Positions 10,990 to 21,236 of a stretch of DNA of 64,000 nt are shown here, one piece after another. Position 1 is the stretch's first letter, and every line of letters starts with the position of its first letter. The notes beneath the pieces are model-generated. The model did no database searches, was not told the origin of the DNA, and saw only the letters and a program-made list of their open reading frames with translations. The stretch spans positions 128,001 to 192,000 of the forward strand of contig CAVXVG010000027.1 of the NCBI GenBank assembly GCA_963765145.1, written 5' to 3'. A program made the translations under genes and the position numbers. The DNA is from Parachlamydiales bacterium (GTDB lineage: Bacteria > Chlamydiota > Chlamydiia > Chlamydiales > JAJFMK01).

Positions 10990-11768
10990 TTTTTTAACTC
11001 ATCTATGAGCTCCTGGTGGACTAGGCCATTCGATGCTAAAATTCTGCCTGTAGCCATCTCTACAGGTCCTCCTTCATAGGAAGAAATTTTTCCTCCGGCT
11101 TCAGTTACTAGCAACATCCCTGCTGCAATGTCCCAAGGTTTTAACCCTCGCTCCCAGTAACCTTCTAAGCGACCGGCGGCGACATAGGCTAGATCTATAG
11201 AGGCACATCCAGCCCTTCGTACCCCTTGAGAAACCTGGGTTAAGTGGCAAAATTGCCGGTAATTGTTGTCTTCTGTGCCTCGCCTATCATAAGCAAAACC
11301 GGTGGCAAGTAAAGATTTGGGCAGAGCGTTGATGGTGGAAACATGACATTTTTTCTCTTGAAAATAGGCTCCACCTCCCTTCATGGCTGAAAAAAGTTCT
11401 TCAAGGATCGGATTATAGACCACACCTACGATAGGCTGGCCCAAATAAAGAAGCCCAATTGACACTGCGACGAAAGGAAAATGGTGAGAAAAGTTGGTCG
11501 TCCCGTCGACTGGGTCGATGACCCAAAGGTACCCCTCATCCAAAGGGACGTTTCCAGCTGATTCCTCTCCAAGCAAATGGTGTGTTGGAAATTTGGCGCC
11601 GATTTTTTTAAACAGGGCCGATTCGACTGCAAAGTCAATTTCTGTGACTAGGTCTCCTCCCTCTCCTTTTTCAAAAATTTGGAAAGAGGTGTTCCACCCT
11701 TGGCGGATGATGTGACCTGCTTCTCGAGCAGCCTCGAGTGCAAATTCAAGAAAGGGCTTATAGGTCAA
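10983..11768 (-). CDS. suhB: Inositol monophosphatase family protein
   Basis: DLVTEID, GEE, WVIDPVDGTTNF, WDIAAG. Confidence 0.9.
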   Translation of the reverse strand: MTYKPFLEFALEAAREAGHIIRQGWNTSFQIFEKGEGGDLVTEIDFAVESALFKKIGAKFPTHHLLGEESAGNVPLDEGYLWVIDPVDGTTNFSHHFPFVAVSIGLLYLGQPIVGVVYNPILEELFSAMKGGGAYFQEKKCHVSTINALPKSLLATGFAYDRRGTEDNNYRQFCHLTQVSQGVRRAGCASIDLAYVAAGRLEGYWERGLKPWDIAAGMLLVTEAGGKISSYEGGPVEMATGRILASNGLVHQELIDELKKC

Positions 11769-11818
11769 AGTAGACTCTTATTTTTAGGCGGAGGCTTCAT
11801 CACCCCCGCCCGATATTT

Positions 11819-12247
11819 TTAAGCGAAAAAGCCAAACCAAAGCAAGACTAAGCCGATGACTAGCCAGACAATGCTCCAAGCAACGATGCACTTGTCGCTT
11901 TGATGGCAAAAAGAGCACAACTTGCTGCTCCAGCCATTGCCAAACAGCCTGATAATCCCCTTCAAAATGGATAGGTAACCGAGTATTGTAATGAGAACAG
12001 TCCAGTTAGCGGCAAACTGAGGATGTAAAGCCACCAACAAAGTACCTAAAAGTAAACTCATTGAACCTGACAACGCCATGAATGCCGGGTTCTTTTTGAA
12101 CGTGTCGACTAGCGTTCTCACATGTCCCAAGCGAATCAAGACAAACAAGCACGTAATCGTCAGGTAGAGACCCATCCATCGGGCCAGCCAGGTGTCATCG
12201 GGAGTCGCAGCAGCAGCTCCCCAATTGAAAAAAGCCAATAAATCCAT
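11819..12247 (-). CDS. Hypothetical membrane protein (about 4 TM)
   Basis: 142 aa hydrophobic ORF with AAAGGA-like RBS upstream. Confidence 0.7.
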   Translation of the reverse strand: MDLLAFFNWGAAAATPDDTWLARWMGLYLTITCLFVLIRLGHVRTLVDTFKKNPAFMALSGSMSLLLGTLLVALHPQFAANWTVLITILGYLSILKGIIRLFGNGWSSKLCSFCHQSDKCIVAWSIVWLVIGLVLLWFGFFA

Positions 12248-12313
12248 AATAAAAGTCCTTTTAAACTTTTATTTACCTAGGCAGGCAATTAAAAGAAAGA
12301 CAAGGTGGAAAAG

Positions 12314-12728
12314 AAGGAGTGGGCGCTATTCCTTCAAGCACTCGAAAGGCCTCATTTGAATAAAACTGCGACATTCGTCCTACGCAGTAGAGCCAGATGT
12401 CCCAGTTTTTTCAACTGAGGCCTTTCGAGTGCTTGAGGGCGCCCAACCTTAATGATTCAACCTTCGGCTGTAAAACCAACTTCCCATCTTTAATTAGATT
12501 TTTTTAACGGGCTGCCTGCAAACGGCCACTCAGGCCATTTTCGCATGCGCTGAAAGGTGTTTAGTTCGCAACGCGTTTGGAGTGCTAAACTCCTGTTTAG
12601 CTTTGACTTATCAGTGAAAGTGAAAGCTAAACAGGAGTTTAGCACTCCAAACGCTACCGCGTAAGAGCGGATTATTAGAGGTCGAAAATGGCCTGAGTGG
12701 CCGTTTGAAGGAACAGCGCCCACTCCTT
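12314..12728. mobile_element. Family C MITE-like element (copy 1) with nested family A palindrome at 12565-12662
   Basis: Terminal inverted repeats AAGGAGTGGGCGCT / AGCGCCCACTCCTT; internal segments shared with copies at 23090, 50176 and 51640. Confidence 0.85.
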
Positions 12729-12734
12729 ATTTTT

Positions 12735-14198
12735 CTAGGCTGCTGTTCCCACATTTCTTCTAACCATATGTACCTGCCTTCGGAGGATTTCGTCCTTTTC
12801 CATTTTTTCTTTGATGGTCTTGCAGGCGTGAAGAATGGTGGAGTGAGTTTTGCCGAAATGGACGCCCAGCATGAGAAGTGACTCATTGATCATCTCCTTG
12901 GCCAGATACATGGCGACCTGGCGAGGGAGGGCTACCTCTTTAGTGCGAAGATTACCGCGGAGAGCCATGACAGGAACTTGAAAAACAGCAGCAACACTTT
13001 TTAGGATCTGTTCGATGGTGATTTTATCTTTTGGTGCCTTTTGCAGCATCTCTCGTAGCGTTTCCTCTACAAGCTCTTCAGTGATGTGCATGTCAAGCAG
13101 ACGGCAATGGGCCGATAGCCTATTGATAGCGCCTTCCAGTTGTCTAACATTGTTTTGAACATTTTCAGCGATGAAGAATGCGACATTGCTTGGAATCGTC
13201 AGCCCTTTTAGTTCCGCCTTGTGCTGCAAGATGGCCACACGTGTCTCTAAGTCAGGCATTCCCATGTGGGCAACCAATCCCCATTCCATTCTTGCAACCA
13301 TCCTTTCGGAAAGCTTTAACTGGGAGGGAGGCTTATCGCTTGTGATGACAATTTGCTTATTATGGTTGATCAGTGTTTCGAAGGTGTTGCAGAACTCCTC
13401 TTCAAAGTTCAGCCGGTTTTGCAGGAATTGGATATCGTCCACAAGGAGAACGTCGACATCAGAACGGTAAAACCTCTTCATTTTCTCGATCGATTTATTT
13501 CGTAAAGCATCGACCAAATCGTTAATAAAGGCCTCTGTGGTGATGCACTGTACCTTTAATTTCTTGTGGTTTTCGTGTAGAAAGTGCCCAATGCTATGCA
13601 AAATATGGGTTTTACCAAGCCCTACCCCTCCGTGGATAAAAAGGGGATTGTAAGAGTGTCCAGGTCGGGAGGCCACTCCCATTGCGGCAGATTTGACGAA
13701 TTGGTTAGAAGAACCTTCGATAAATGTGCTGAATCTGTAATTGGGATTTAGTCGAATTGTTCTCTGATCATCTGTCGGAGCTATGATCGCCTCTTTGGCT
13801 TCCACGATCAGAGGCTGATGCTTTCTTTGCTTTGGCTCTTGCACGACAAAAGGAAGGTCTAAGTCTCCTTTTTCAGTGACCGGGAAAAAAGATTTTAAAT
13901 CCTTTCCAAAGTTGGAAAGAAGATATTCTTTTACGAAAATATTAGGGATTTCCAGCGCAAATACGCCTTCTTTTTCCACAATTTTAACGGGGGAAAACCA
14001 ATTTTCATACGTGGTAGATGAGCATCGTTCTTTGGCATAACTAAGGAACTGGTCCCAAGCAAACAAAAAATCGAAATTAGGAGAGTCAAGTTCTTTGACA
14101 TCGCTAGAGTCGGATGAGAGAAGACCTTCTTCGTGTTCCATATCTAAAACACCCGCTTTTCTATAGACTTCGCTCATTCGATCTCCGTTCTTCGACAA
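12735..14198 (-). CDS. dnaA: Chromosomal replication initiator
   Basis: [48 protein letters not shown]; exact start uncertain (14198 or 14177). Confidence 0.96.
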   Translation of the reverse strand: MSKNGDRMSEVYRKAGVLDMEHEEGLLSSDSSDVKELDSPNFDFLFAWDQFLSYAKERCSSTTYENWFSPVKIVEKEGVFALEIPNIFVKEYLLSNFGKDLKSFFPVTEKGDLDLPFVVQEPKQRKHQPLIVEAKEAIIAPTDDQRTIRLNPNYRFSTFIEGSSNQFVKSAAMGVASRPGHSYNPLFIHGGVGLGKTHILHSIGHFLHENHKKLKVQCITTEAFINDLVDALRNKSIEKMKRFYRSDVDVLLVDDIQFLQNRLNFEEEFCNTFETLINHNKQIVITSDKPPSQLKLSERMVARMEWGLVAHMGMPDLETRVAILQHKAELKGLTIPSNVAFFIAENVQNNVRQLEGAINRLSAHCRLLDMHITEELVEETLREMLQKAPKDKITIEQILKSVAAVFQVPVMALRGNLRTKEVALPRQVAMYLAKEMINESLLMLGVHFGKTHSTILHACKTIKEKMEKDEILRRQVHMVRRNVGTAA

Positions 14199-14261
14199 TT
14201 ATAAATTTAGATTTATACGCTTTAAATCCAGATCCATCGCATAGTGTGCCGGTTTTAAGCA

Positions 14262-14293
14262 AGTGGAAAAAAGTTATGAACAACCTTTCCACA
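14262..14293. promoter_or_regulatory. Three putative DnaA boxes upstream of dnaA
   Basis: TTTTCCACT (minus strand, 14262-14270), TTATGAACA (14274-14282), CTTTCCACA (14285-14293); each has one mismatch to TTWTNCACA. Confidence 0.45.
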
Positions 14294-14411
14294 CCCAACC
14301 CAGAACCATTTTCTTGGGCCGAAAGGTTAGCAAGGGGCCAGATTGGCCGCAAGTTTAACTATATTTTTAATTGATAATTTAAAAAAAACATTTCACTGTT
14401 TTACAACCTCT

Positions 14412-14440
14412 TTGACCTATTTTGCTAGCCGGGTTATAAT
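14412..14440 (+). promoter_or_regulatory. Sigma66/70-type promoter of rpsT
   Basis: TTGACC-17 bp-TATAAT. Confidence 0.75.
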
Positions 14441-14473
14441 GTCCTTACCAAAATTTTCATTACATGGAATCAC

Positions 14474-14755
14474 ATGGCAGACGAGGCCCCAAAGAAAAAA
14501 GAAAGACGTCCACAAGCGGCAAAACGCCACTTGCAGAGTCTAAAACGTAACGCAATCAACCGTGCTTACAAATCAAAGATCAAAACAAGGATCAAAGCTC
14601 TTCAGGACAGTCTGACAAAGCAAGATGGACAACAAGCTCAAGAGACTTTAAAAGAAGTATATAGTCTCATGGACAAAGGTGTCAAAAAAGGGATTATCAA
14701 GAAGAACAAAGCAAGTCGCACAAAATCAAGACTCGCTACAAAAGTTACTGCGTAG
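14474..14755 (+). CDS. rpsT: 30S ribosomal protein S20
   Basis: AAKRHLQSLKRNAINRAYKSKIKT...DKGVKKGIIKKNKASRTKSRL. Confidence 0.95.
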   Translation: MADEAPKKKERRPQAAKRHLQSLKRNAINRAYKSKIKTRIKALQDSLTKQDGQQAQETLKEVYSLMDKGVKKGIIKKNKASRTKSRLATKVTA

Positions 14756-14816
14756 TTCGCGATAGCGTTTGGAGTGCTAAACTCCTGTTTAGCTTTCACT
14801 TTTTGAAAGTCAAAGC
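14756..14816. repeat. Family A element, half copy
   Basis: TTCGCGATAGCGTTTGGAGTGCTAAACTCCTGTTTAGCTTTCACTT directly after the rpsT stop. Confidence 0.85.
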
Positions 14817-14882
14817 GCAATAAGAGTATGAGCACTTTAAAAAAAGTATCTCTAAATGCAACGCAGAGAGCCTAAGAGAAAC

Positions 14883-14958
14883 CTCTGTGGTCTCTGTGTC
14901 CTCTGTGGTTATAAAAATTTAAATATATCTAACCACAGAGAACACAGAGACCACAGAG
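14883..14958. repeat. Family B-related palindrome, arms in inside-out order
   Basis: CTCTGTGGTCTCTGTGTCCTCTGTGGTT-20 bp-AACCACAGAGAACACAGAGACCACAGAG. Confidence 0.85.
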
Positions 14959-15039
14959 AAGAAAGATACTTACTTTACGTTAGAGACGAGGTCTCTTCAG
15001 AGTTTCTAGCGTTTTGCGTGATGATATTTCTTTTGTTAT

Positions 15040-16086
15040 TCAAATCAGCAGCTCAATTCCTTTCAACTCAGAATGGAGCAGCTCTGTCCTTTTGTGAAGC
15101 AACTCTTCACGGCTAGCGTCTTCCTCTAGCTTTTGGTTTAAATGACCCCGCCTAACCGAAATGAGCAAACGATTTAGTTTTCTTCTGTCAACGCCGCGGA
15201 TCCATCCGTTTTCTAGCCCAATTTTGATCCAGCCGAAAGCCTCAATAGCTTCAAGCGTCTCCATTTGATAAGAGTGAACAAGCAGCCCAAATGCTCTTGC
15301 TACCTTATCTTTGGTTCCGCTTTCGTCAGTTTCAAGAAGCCTCTTCCTTAAATAATTTTCTCTACTAATTGTCTTCTCAGCAAAGCCTTTTACTAGGCTG
15401 AAAGTTTGGTCCTCACTCATTCCAATAGAGGCTTTGTTTCTGATTAAAAGGAGCCCTCGTTCAATACCGGAACTATTAGAAAAAAGAGGTAACGACTCAA
15501 TCCGATCTTCTTCGTTAAATAATAAATGCTCCTCTTCCCGAAAGAGAGAAAGAGCCGGGGTTTGTAGAAGAATTTCAACCTCAAGTCCTGTCCCTGCATC
15601 TTTGGGGAAAGAAGTTAGAAAACCGAAATGAGGAGAAAAAGCAAAAGGGGCTCCTTCTTGCAGAAGGTCGTCCTGTTTAGATAGTGTGGTCCATCCTTCT
15701 TCTAATTCGCTTTTAGATCCTAAAAATCTCAATTGCAGGTGCTCTTGCACATTTAAAATGGCTGAATAAGGGCCAGAATTGATCAGGACGCCCGACCCTT
15801 TCTGGAAATCTTGCAGCGGATTGGCCAGAAAAAAATGTTCTTGCAGCCATTCTTTATCGAGAGGTGAACATTCTTCTCCCTTTAAGAGCAACAAGTCTTG
15901 TTTTTGGTTGATTAAAGGCTTGGTCAGGAGGGAAAGGATTTGTGTTCTTTTATCTTTGTCTAACTTAGATGGGAACAAAAATCGGTCGATATTTCTTTTG
16001 AGAATGATAAATGCTGCCAAGTCTATATGGCCATCATTTTGGTCCCAAAAGGTCTTTTCAGGAAGATCTGGGTTAAGTTTAATCAT
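15040..16086 (-). CDS. mcsB: McsB-like ATP:guanido phosphotransferase (divergent)
   Basis: FAFSPHFGFLTSFPKDAGTG, DKVARAFGLL, coupled to an mcsA-like gene. Confidence 0.75.
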   Translation of the reverse strand: MIKLNPDLPEKTFWDQNDGHIDLAAFIILKRNIDRFLFPSKLDKDKRTQILSLLTKPLINQKQDLLLLKGEECSPLDKEWLQEHFFLANPLQDFQKGSGVLINSGPYSAILNVQEHLQLRFLGSKSELEEGWTTLSKQDDLLQEGAPFAFSPHFGFLTSFPKDAGTGLEVEILLQTPALSLFREEEHLLFNEEDRIESLPLFSNSSGIERGLLLIRNKASIGMSEDQTFSLVKGFAEKTISRENYLRKRLLETDESGTKDKVARAFGLLVHSYQMETLEAIEAFGWIKIGLENGWIRGVDRRKLNRLLISVRRGHLNQKLEEDASREELLHKRTELLHSELKGIELLI

Positions 16087-16606
16087 GGTGCTCCTCCGTT
16101 AACCGTTTGATTTGGTCGCGAAGGCGTGCAGCCTCTTCGTAATCTTCTCTTTTAAGTGTGTCCTCTAAAGCCTCGTTCAAAGCAAGAAGGCGTAAAGAGG
16201 CGTTTTCTGCAGGCACTTTTCCGGGAATTTTTCCAATGTGTAGAGGTAGACTTTTTTTCTGGTTCAATACTCTTTCCGGCAATGCCTTTTGGTGGATGAG
16301 ATCTTGGATAATAAAGTCGCTAAACACAGTATAACAAGCAGAACACCCTAAGCTGTGCCCCATTTTGATTTGTTCTAAAGAGGTGCCGCAGCTACCGCAA
16401 GCAAGTCCAGTTTCTCCTAACTTTTTGTCCAGCCCCGTCAGGTCGGAAGAACCATGCAATCGTTTTTTTAACTCAGGACAGTCGCCGCACATGACTTGCT
16501 CTGTGATCACATCTCGAATCACGAGGGTGTAAAGAACCTTGATGCCTTTACGACAGGCGGTGCACTCGAAAGGCCGCTCTTTTTCTTCTCCCCTGAAATC
16601 TGCCAT
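16079..16606 (-). CDS. mcsA: McsA-like protein (CxxC motifs, UVR domain)
   Basis: CTAC, CGDC, CGSC, LGCSACY, HIGKIP, EDYEEAARLRDQI. Confidence 0.88.
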   Translation of the reverse strand: MADFRGEEKERPFECTACRKGIKVLYTLVIRDVITEQVMCGDCPELKKRLHGSSDLTGLDKKLGETGLACGSCGTSLEQIKMGHSLGCSACYTVFSDFIIQDLIHQKALPERVLNQKKSLPLHIGKIPGKVPAENASLRLLALNEALEDTLKREDYEEAARLRDQIKRLTEEHHD

Positions 16607-16750
16607 TAACCCCTCTCAGGCAGGAAGAAATAAATAATTTTAATCACAAGCCGATTATCCATGCTGTTTCCTGGAATATTCCGCATCTTACGCTGTAAAG
16701 AAATTATTGTAAAACTTGAATTGACGGTAGAGAAAGAGTACGATGTTTCT

Positions 16751-17932
16751 GTGCTTAAAAGGACGAAAAATTTTCGGAAACTTCTGTCTGCTTCGTTGTT
16801 AGTGACAGGAACTTGCGTGGGAGCAGGTATGCTTGGTCTCCCTGTGGTAACTGGCCCTAGTGGATTGCTGCCTACCATTGGCGTCAACCTTCTTGCCTAT
16901 CTTTTGATGCTATTTACCGGTTTGCTTTTTTTAGAGGTGACCCTCCTTTTTCCAGATGGGGCTAATCTAATGACGATTAGTCAGTCATTGCTAGGAAGGT
17001 GGGGGAAATGGTTGGCCGGAATAAGCTTTCTTTTTCTCTACCTTTGTTTTCTGATTGTCTATGTTTCAGGAGGTTCACCCCTTCTAGACCGTTTATTGAC
17101 CTTATTTGGCTTTAACATCAGTTCTGGCGGTCCCATTCTTTTCACCTTCATTTTTGGGTTAATTGTTTGGATCGGCCCTCGGTTTGTAGGGGCTATTAAC
17201 TCCCTTTTGATGGTGGGGCTCATTGCCTCTTTTTGGCTGTTGCTTGGGGTGACAGTTCCAGAAATTGATACGGCAAGATTTCGCCCCTATATGCTTTCAG
17301 TAGGTCTTTTCGCCCTTCCCACATTGTTATCGGCCTTTGGCTATCACAACATCATACCGACACTAACAACTTATTTGAAACGAGACCGTCAGCAATTAAG
17401 ATGGGCTTTAGTGTTGGGGGTTACCTTTTCGCTGGTCATTTATCTGCTGTGGCAAATTGTCATCATTGGTGCTTTGCCAAAAGAGTGGATTGAAAAGGCT
17501 GGGTCTCAAGGTGTTCCTATCTCTGAAGCTCTTTTCAATCTTTCCCATCACCCCTGGATTGTGGCGTTTAGTGCCTTATTCGCTTTCTTTGCATTAGTCA
17601 CCTCGTTTTTAGGTGTTTCTTTATCAGTTGTTGACTTTCTAGCAGATGCTCTTGGTGTAAACAGAAAGGGTTTTTATCGATTTTTCCTCATTTTGCTGAT
17701 GTTGATACCGCCGGTTGTTTTTTCGATGTTGTATCCTTCGATTTTTATGGAAGCTTTAGGGCTTGCAGGAGGGATTGGGGAAGCTTTGATGAATGGCTTG
17801 TTGCCTATCGCATTTGTTATAGCTGCCAAAAGGAAGGGACTTTCTCAATATACCCACCCTTTTTTGCTGACCGGCGCGACTTTTCTCATTCTTTTCATCA
17901 TGATTCTTGAACTGATCACCTTGACAAGGTAG
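16751..17932 (+). CDS. tyrP: Aromatic amino acid permease (TyrP/Mtr family)
   Basis: LVTGTCVGAGMLGLP, AFGYHNIIPTL, TSFLGV; start uncertain (in-frame GTG at 16751 just after TTGAAT-17-TACGAT). Confidence 0.85.
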   Translation: MLKRTKNFRKLLSASLLVTGTCVGAGMLGLPVVTGPSGLLPTIGVNLLAYLLMLFTGLLFLEVTLLFPDGANLMTISQSLLGRWGKWLAGISFLFLYLCFLIVYVSGGSPLLDRLLTLFGFNISSGGPILFTFIFGLIVWIGPRFVGAINSLLMVGLIASFWLLLGVTVPEIDTARFRPYMLSVGLFALPTLLSAFGYHNIIPTLTTYLKRDRQQLRWALVLGVTFSLVIYLLWQIVIIGALPKEWIEKAGSQGVPISEALFNLSHHPWIVAFSALFAFFALVTSFLGVSLSVVDFLADALGVNRKGFYRFFLILLMLIPPVVFSMLYPSIFMEALGLAGGIGEALMNGLLPIAFVIAAKRKGLSQYTHPFLLTGATFLILFIMILELITLTR

Positions 17933-17954
17933 AATATTGGGATAACGATATCTC

Positions 17955-18028
17955 GCACCGGTAGCTCAATCGGATAGAGTACATGGCTACGAACCATGAG
18001 GTTAGAGGTTCAATTCCTCTCCGGTGCA
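17955..18028 (+). tRNA. tRNA-Arg (anticodon ACG)
   Basis: GCACCGG/CCGGTGC acceptor, TAGCTCAATCGGATAGAGT D arm, CATGG-CT-ACG-AA-CCATG, GGTTCAATTCC T loop. Confidence 0.95.
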
Positions 18029-18037
18029 CATTTTCTC

Positions 18038-18661
18038 ATGTTTTTAACATTCTTTTCTGCAGGCCCTCTCGAAACCAACGGTTATGTTTTTGGTGAAAAG
18101 GAGGTGTTTTTTATCGATGCTCCGCTTGGCAGCCTCGCAGAGTATGAACGTATCGTCAGGACACATAGTTTGGTGCCCAAAGGGTTGTTGCTAACCCATT
18201 CCCATCTTGATCACACTGCCGATTGCAAAGAGATTGCTGACCATTTTTCCATCCCTGTTTATGTTCATCCACTCGATGAATCGAATGTAAGGAAGCCAGG
18301 TAGCGATCAATTGCCTCTTTTTTTACCGGCATTACCCTATATTGGCGCACTCTCGTTGAAAGGAGGAGAAAAGCTACAGCTTGGTTCCATCGCCATTGAG
18401 GTAATCCATACGCCGGGCCACACTCCAGGCGGTGTGTGCTTTTATCTTCCGGAACAAAAAATTCTTTTTTCAGGCGATACCCTTTTTCGGGGAACCATTG
18501 GTAATTTGTCTTTTCCGACCTGTGAACCAGAAAAGATGTGGCACTCTTTAAAAAAACTTGCCCTTTTGCCAAAAGAGGTTGTTGTTTACCCTGGACATGG
18601 TCCAAAAACGACCATTGGAAAAGAGCCGTTCCTTTCCAATCCAGAACCATACTTTTCATAG
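18038..18661 (+). CDS. MBL-fold metallo-hydrolase (glyoxalase II-like)
   Basis: THSHLDH, HTPGHT, SGDTLF, PGHG; ATG at 18038 follows the tRNA. Confidence 0.9.
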   Translation: MFLTFFSAGPLETNGYVFGEKEVFFIDAPLGSLAEYERIVRTHSLVPKGLLLTHSHLDHTADCKEIADHFSIPVYVHPLDESNVRKPGSDQLPLFLPALPYIGALSLKGGEKLQLGSIAIEVIHTPGHTPGGVCFYLPEQKILFSGDTLFRGTIGNLSFPTCEPEKMWHSLKKLALLPKEVVVYPGHGPKTTIGKEPFLSNPEPYFS

Positions 18662-18672
18662 AAGAGGAACAC

Positions 18673-19257
18673 ATGAATAATTTTATTGGCCAAAAAGCAC
18701 CGAGCTTCAAATGCGAAGCTATTGTTGAGGGGCGAATTATCCCCGATTTTACCCTAGAGCGTTATCTTGGGAAATATGTTGTCCTTTTTTTCTATCCACT
18801 CGATTTTACTTTTGTTTGCCCAACTGAATTGCATGCTTTTGAAGATAAACTGGCAGATTTTGAAGCTCGTGGCGCCGAAGTCATTGGCTGTTCTGTTGAT
18901 AGTGCCCATTGCCATTTGGCTTGGCTAAGAACGCCCAAATCGGAAGGTGGCATTGAAGACATTAGCTATCCCTTGATTGCTGATCTTAAAAAAGAGGTTT
19001 CAACCCTATTCAATGTATTAGCGCCGGAAGGGATTTCTTATAGAGGACTATTTCTGCTCGATAAGCAGGGCAAGATCCGCCATTATTTGATCAATGATTT
19101 GTCCCTTGGGCGTTCGGTCGATGAAGTGTTAAGAACGCTTGATGCCCTGATCTATGTCGAAAGCCACGGAGAAGTATGCCCAGCCAATTGGAGGAAAGGG
19201 CAAAAGGCGATGAGCGCCACAAAAGAGGGCGTCACTTCCTACTTCGCTGGCCGCTAA
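18673..19257 (+). CDS. ahpC: 2-Cys peroxiredoxin
   Basis: FYPLDFTFVCPTE, GEVCPANW; GAGGA RBS before ATG 18673. Confidence 0.93.
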   Translation: MNNFIGQKAPSFKCEAIVEGRIIPDFTLERYLGKYVVLFFYPLDFTFVCPTELHAFEDKLADFEARGAEVIGCSVDSAHCHLAWLRTPKSEGGIEDISYPLIADLKKEVSTLFNVLAPEGISYRGLFLLDKQGKIRHYLINDLSLGRSVDEVLRTLDALIYVESHGEVCPANWRKGQKAMSATKEGVTSYFAGR

Positions 19258-19299
19258 ATCTTTTTTCTAGCAAGCTAATGCGAAATGAGAAGAAGTATT

Positions 19300-19371
19300 A
19301 TTTTTAGTCCGCAGCGCGTTTGGAGTGCGAAACTCCTGTTTCGCACTCCAAACGCGCTGCGGACTAAAAAT
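19300..19371. repeat. Family A perfect hairpin (34-bp arms, 4-nt loop)
   Basis: ATTTTTAGTCCGCAGCGCGTTTGGAGTGCGAAAC-TCCT-exact reverse complement, between convergent genes. Confidence 0.93.
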
Positions 19372-19394
19372 GTTTTCATGTTTTTTCACTGCTT

Positions 19395-19772
19395 TTAGGA
19401 ACAGATGAAGTCGAAAAAGTCCTGCTCTGTTGTTAGGAGCGGGACTTTTTGTTTTTGAGAAAATTGAAAAAGCGGGTTTAGAATTTCAAGGCTTCCCACC
19501 CCCGGGGCAAATACCCCTCTTAAATGAAGGGGCCCTCTTTGTTCCAGCCAACGGAGTCCTGCCCGGTAGTCAGGCACACTAAAACCCTCCTCTTTGACCC
19601 TGAAGAAGAGAAGAGGGTGGTTGTAGTGGAGCGCTTGAATAGCCAAAACCATCCCCCGAGCTTCCTCAGGCGGATGCCCGAAGAGGTGAAGCAGCTCAAT
19701 CGGAGTGTAGATCTCTACACCCTCCTCAAAACTGCCTTTCTGAGCTTCAGCAAATAGCGCAATCCACTTCAT
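19395..19772 (-). CDS. Conserved chlamydial hypothetical protein (recalled similarity to CT277)
   Basis: [10 protein letters not shown]...[10 protein letters not shown]...Y; ATGA-coupled to eno. Confidence 0.7.
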   Translation of the reverse strand: MKWIALFAEAQKGSFEEGVEIYTPIELLHLFGHPPEEARGMVLAIQALHYNHPLLFFRVKEEGFSVPDYRAGLRWLEQRGPLHLRGVFAPGVGSLEILNPLFQFSQKQKVPLLTTEQDFFDFICS

Positions 19773-21061
19773 CGTGCGAATAAGTTGGAATCTTTATAAA
19801 GAGCAATAGTTCCTAACTCCTTTTCGATTTCTAATAACCGATTGTACTTGGAAAGTCTATCACTGCGAGAAAGAGAGCCTGTTTTGATCTGGCCTGTATT
19901 TTTAGCAACGCTCAAGTCGGCAATGAATGGGTCTTCAGTTTCTCCCGATCGGTGAGAGATCACAGCTTGCCATCCTTGCTTTTGAGTTTTTTCAATCGCA
20001 TCAAGCGTTTCCGAAAGAGATCCGATCTGATTGCATTTAATGAGGACGGCATTGGCAGCCTTCTCCGCAAAAGCTTTTTCGATGAGTTCCGGGTTGGTGA
20101 CAAAAATATCATCTCCTACGATTTGAATTTTGTGACCTAACCGTTGCTGCAATATTTTCCACCCGCTCCAATCGTGTTCATCTAAACCATCTTCAATCGA
20201 GTCGATCGGATATTTTGAAACCAATTTTTCAAGAAAGGCAATTTCCTCTTCCGCAGTACGTCCCGGCTGTTTTTCTGAACTTTTTGCATTGATGTATTTT
20301 TTCTCTTTTTTGTCGTAGTAGGACGAGGCAGCGCAATCCAATGCAATCGAAATTTGATCGCCAGGTTTGTAGCCAGCTTCAACAATCGCCGAAAGGAGAA
20401 AATCAAGCGCATCTTCTGTAGAAGCAATGTGAGGTGCAAATCCCCCTTCATCGCCTACCGATGTTGTGAGTCCTTTTTTCTTTAGCAGACTTTTCAAGGT
20501 GTGGAAAACTTCAGATCCCCAACGTAACGCCTCTGAAAAAGTATCGGCTCCGTGTGGTCTGATCATAAATTCCTGTATTTCAAGAGGGTTGTCTGCGTGG
20601 GCACCTCCATTCATCACATTCATCATAGGGCAGGGCAATGTTTTTGCCGCAACACCGCCTAAATAACGATATAAAGGCATTTTGCTGGCTGCAGCGCCTG
20701 CCCTTGCTACAGCGAGAGAAACGCCAAGAATAGCGTTGGCGCCCAAGTTTTTCTTCTCTTTTGTTCTATCTGCATCAAGCATTAGTTGATCGATCTCTTC
20801 TTGATAAATGACCGATTGTCCTTTTAATAGTTTTTGGATGACCCCTTCTACATGGCTCTTGGCGGTTAGGACACCCTTTCCCTTATATCTCTTTTTATCT
20901 CCGTCTCGAAGCTCTAACGCTTCTCCTTCACCTGTAGAGGCACCTGAGGGGACTGACGCCTGCCCAACAATGCCCTCTTTTGTTACGCAAGTGACTTTCA
21001 GGGTAGGAAATCCCCTTGAGTCTAAAATTTCCAATGCGCTTAAGGACTCAATTTCAAACAT
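19769..21061 (-). CDS. eno: Enolase
   Basis: [40 protein letters not shown]; likely start MFEIE at 21061. Confidence 0.97.
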   Translation of the reverse strand: MFEIESLSALEILDSRGFPTLKVTCVTKEGIVGQASVPSGASTGEGEALELRDGDKKRYKGKGVLTAKSHVEGVIQKLLKGQSVIYQEEIDQLMLDADRTKEKKNLGANAILGVSLAVARAGAAASKMPLYRYLGGVAAKTLPCPMMNVMNGGAHADNPLEIQEFMIRPHGADTFSEALRWGSEVFHTLKSLLKKKGLTTSVGDEGGFAPHIASTEDALDFLLSAIVEAGYKPGDQISIALDCAASSYYDKKEKKYINAKSSEKQPGRTAEEEIAFLEKLVSKYPIDSIEDGLDEHDWSGWKILQQRLGHKIQIVGDDIFVTNPELIEKAFAEKAANAVLIKCNQIGSLSETLDAIEKTQKQGWQAVISHRSGETEDPFIADLSVAKNTGQIKTGSLSRSDRLSKYNRLLEIEKELGTIALYKDSNLFAR

Positions 21062-21236
21062 ATCTTCTCCAAAATAAATAGAGTGGAGACTAACAAATGC
21101 AGTAAATGCTGAACATACCTTGAGCAAAAAAACCAAAGCATGTTATCTATGTAGCCCAATCGAAATTGGTTTTGGGAATACCTCGAATGTGGTGGTGCTC
21201 TTTTAACCGATATCAACAACAAATGATGAGCTAAAG

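Noticed and set aside
12490..12886. Short ORFs over palindromic elements (also 8055, 14638, 14856, 23035, 41827, 42079)
   Set aside because: They lie in repeat DNA or antisense to real genes.
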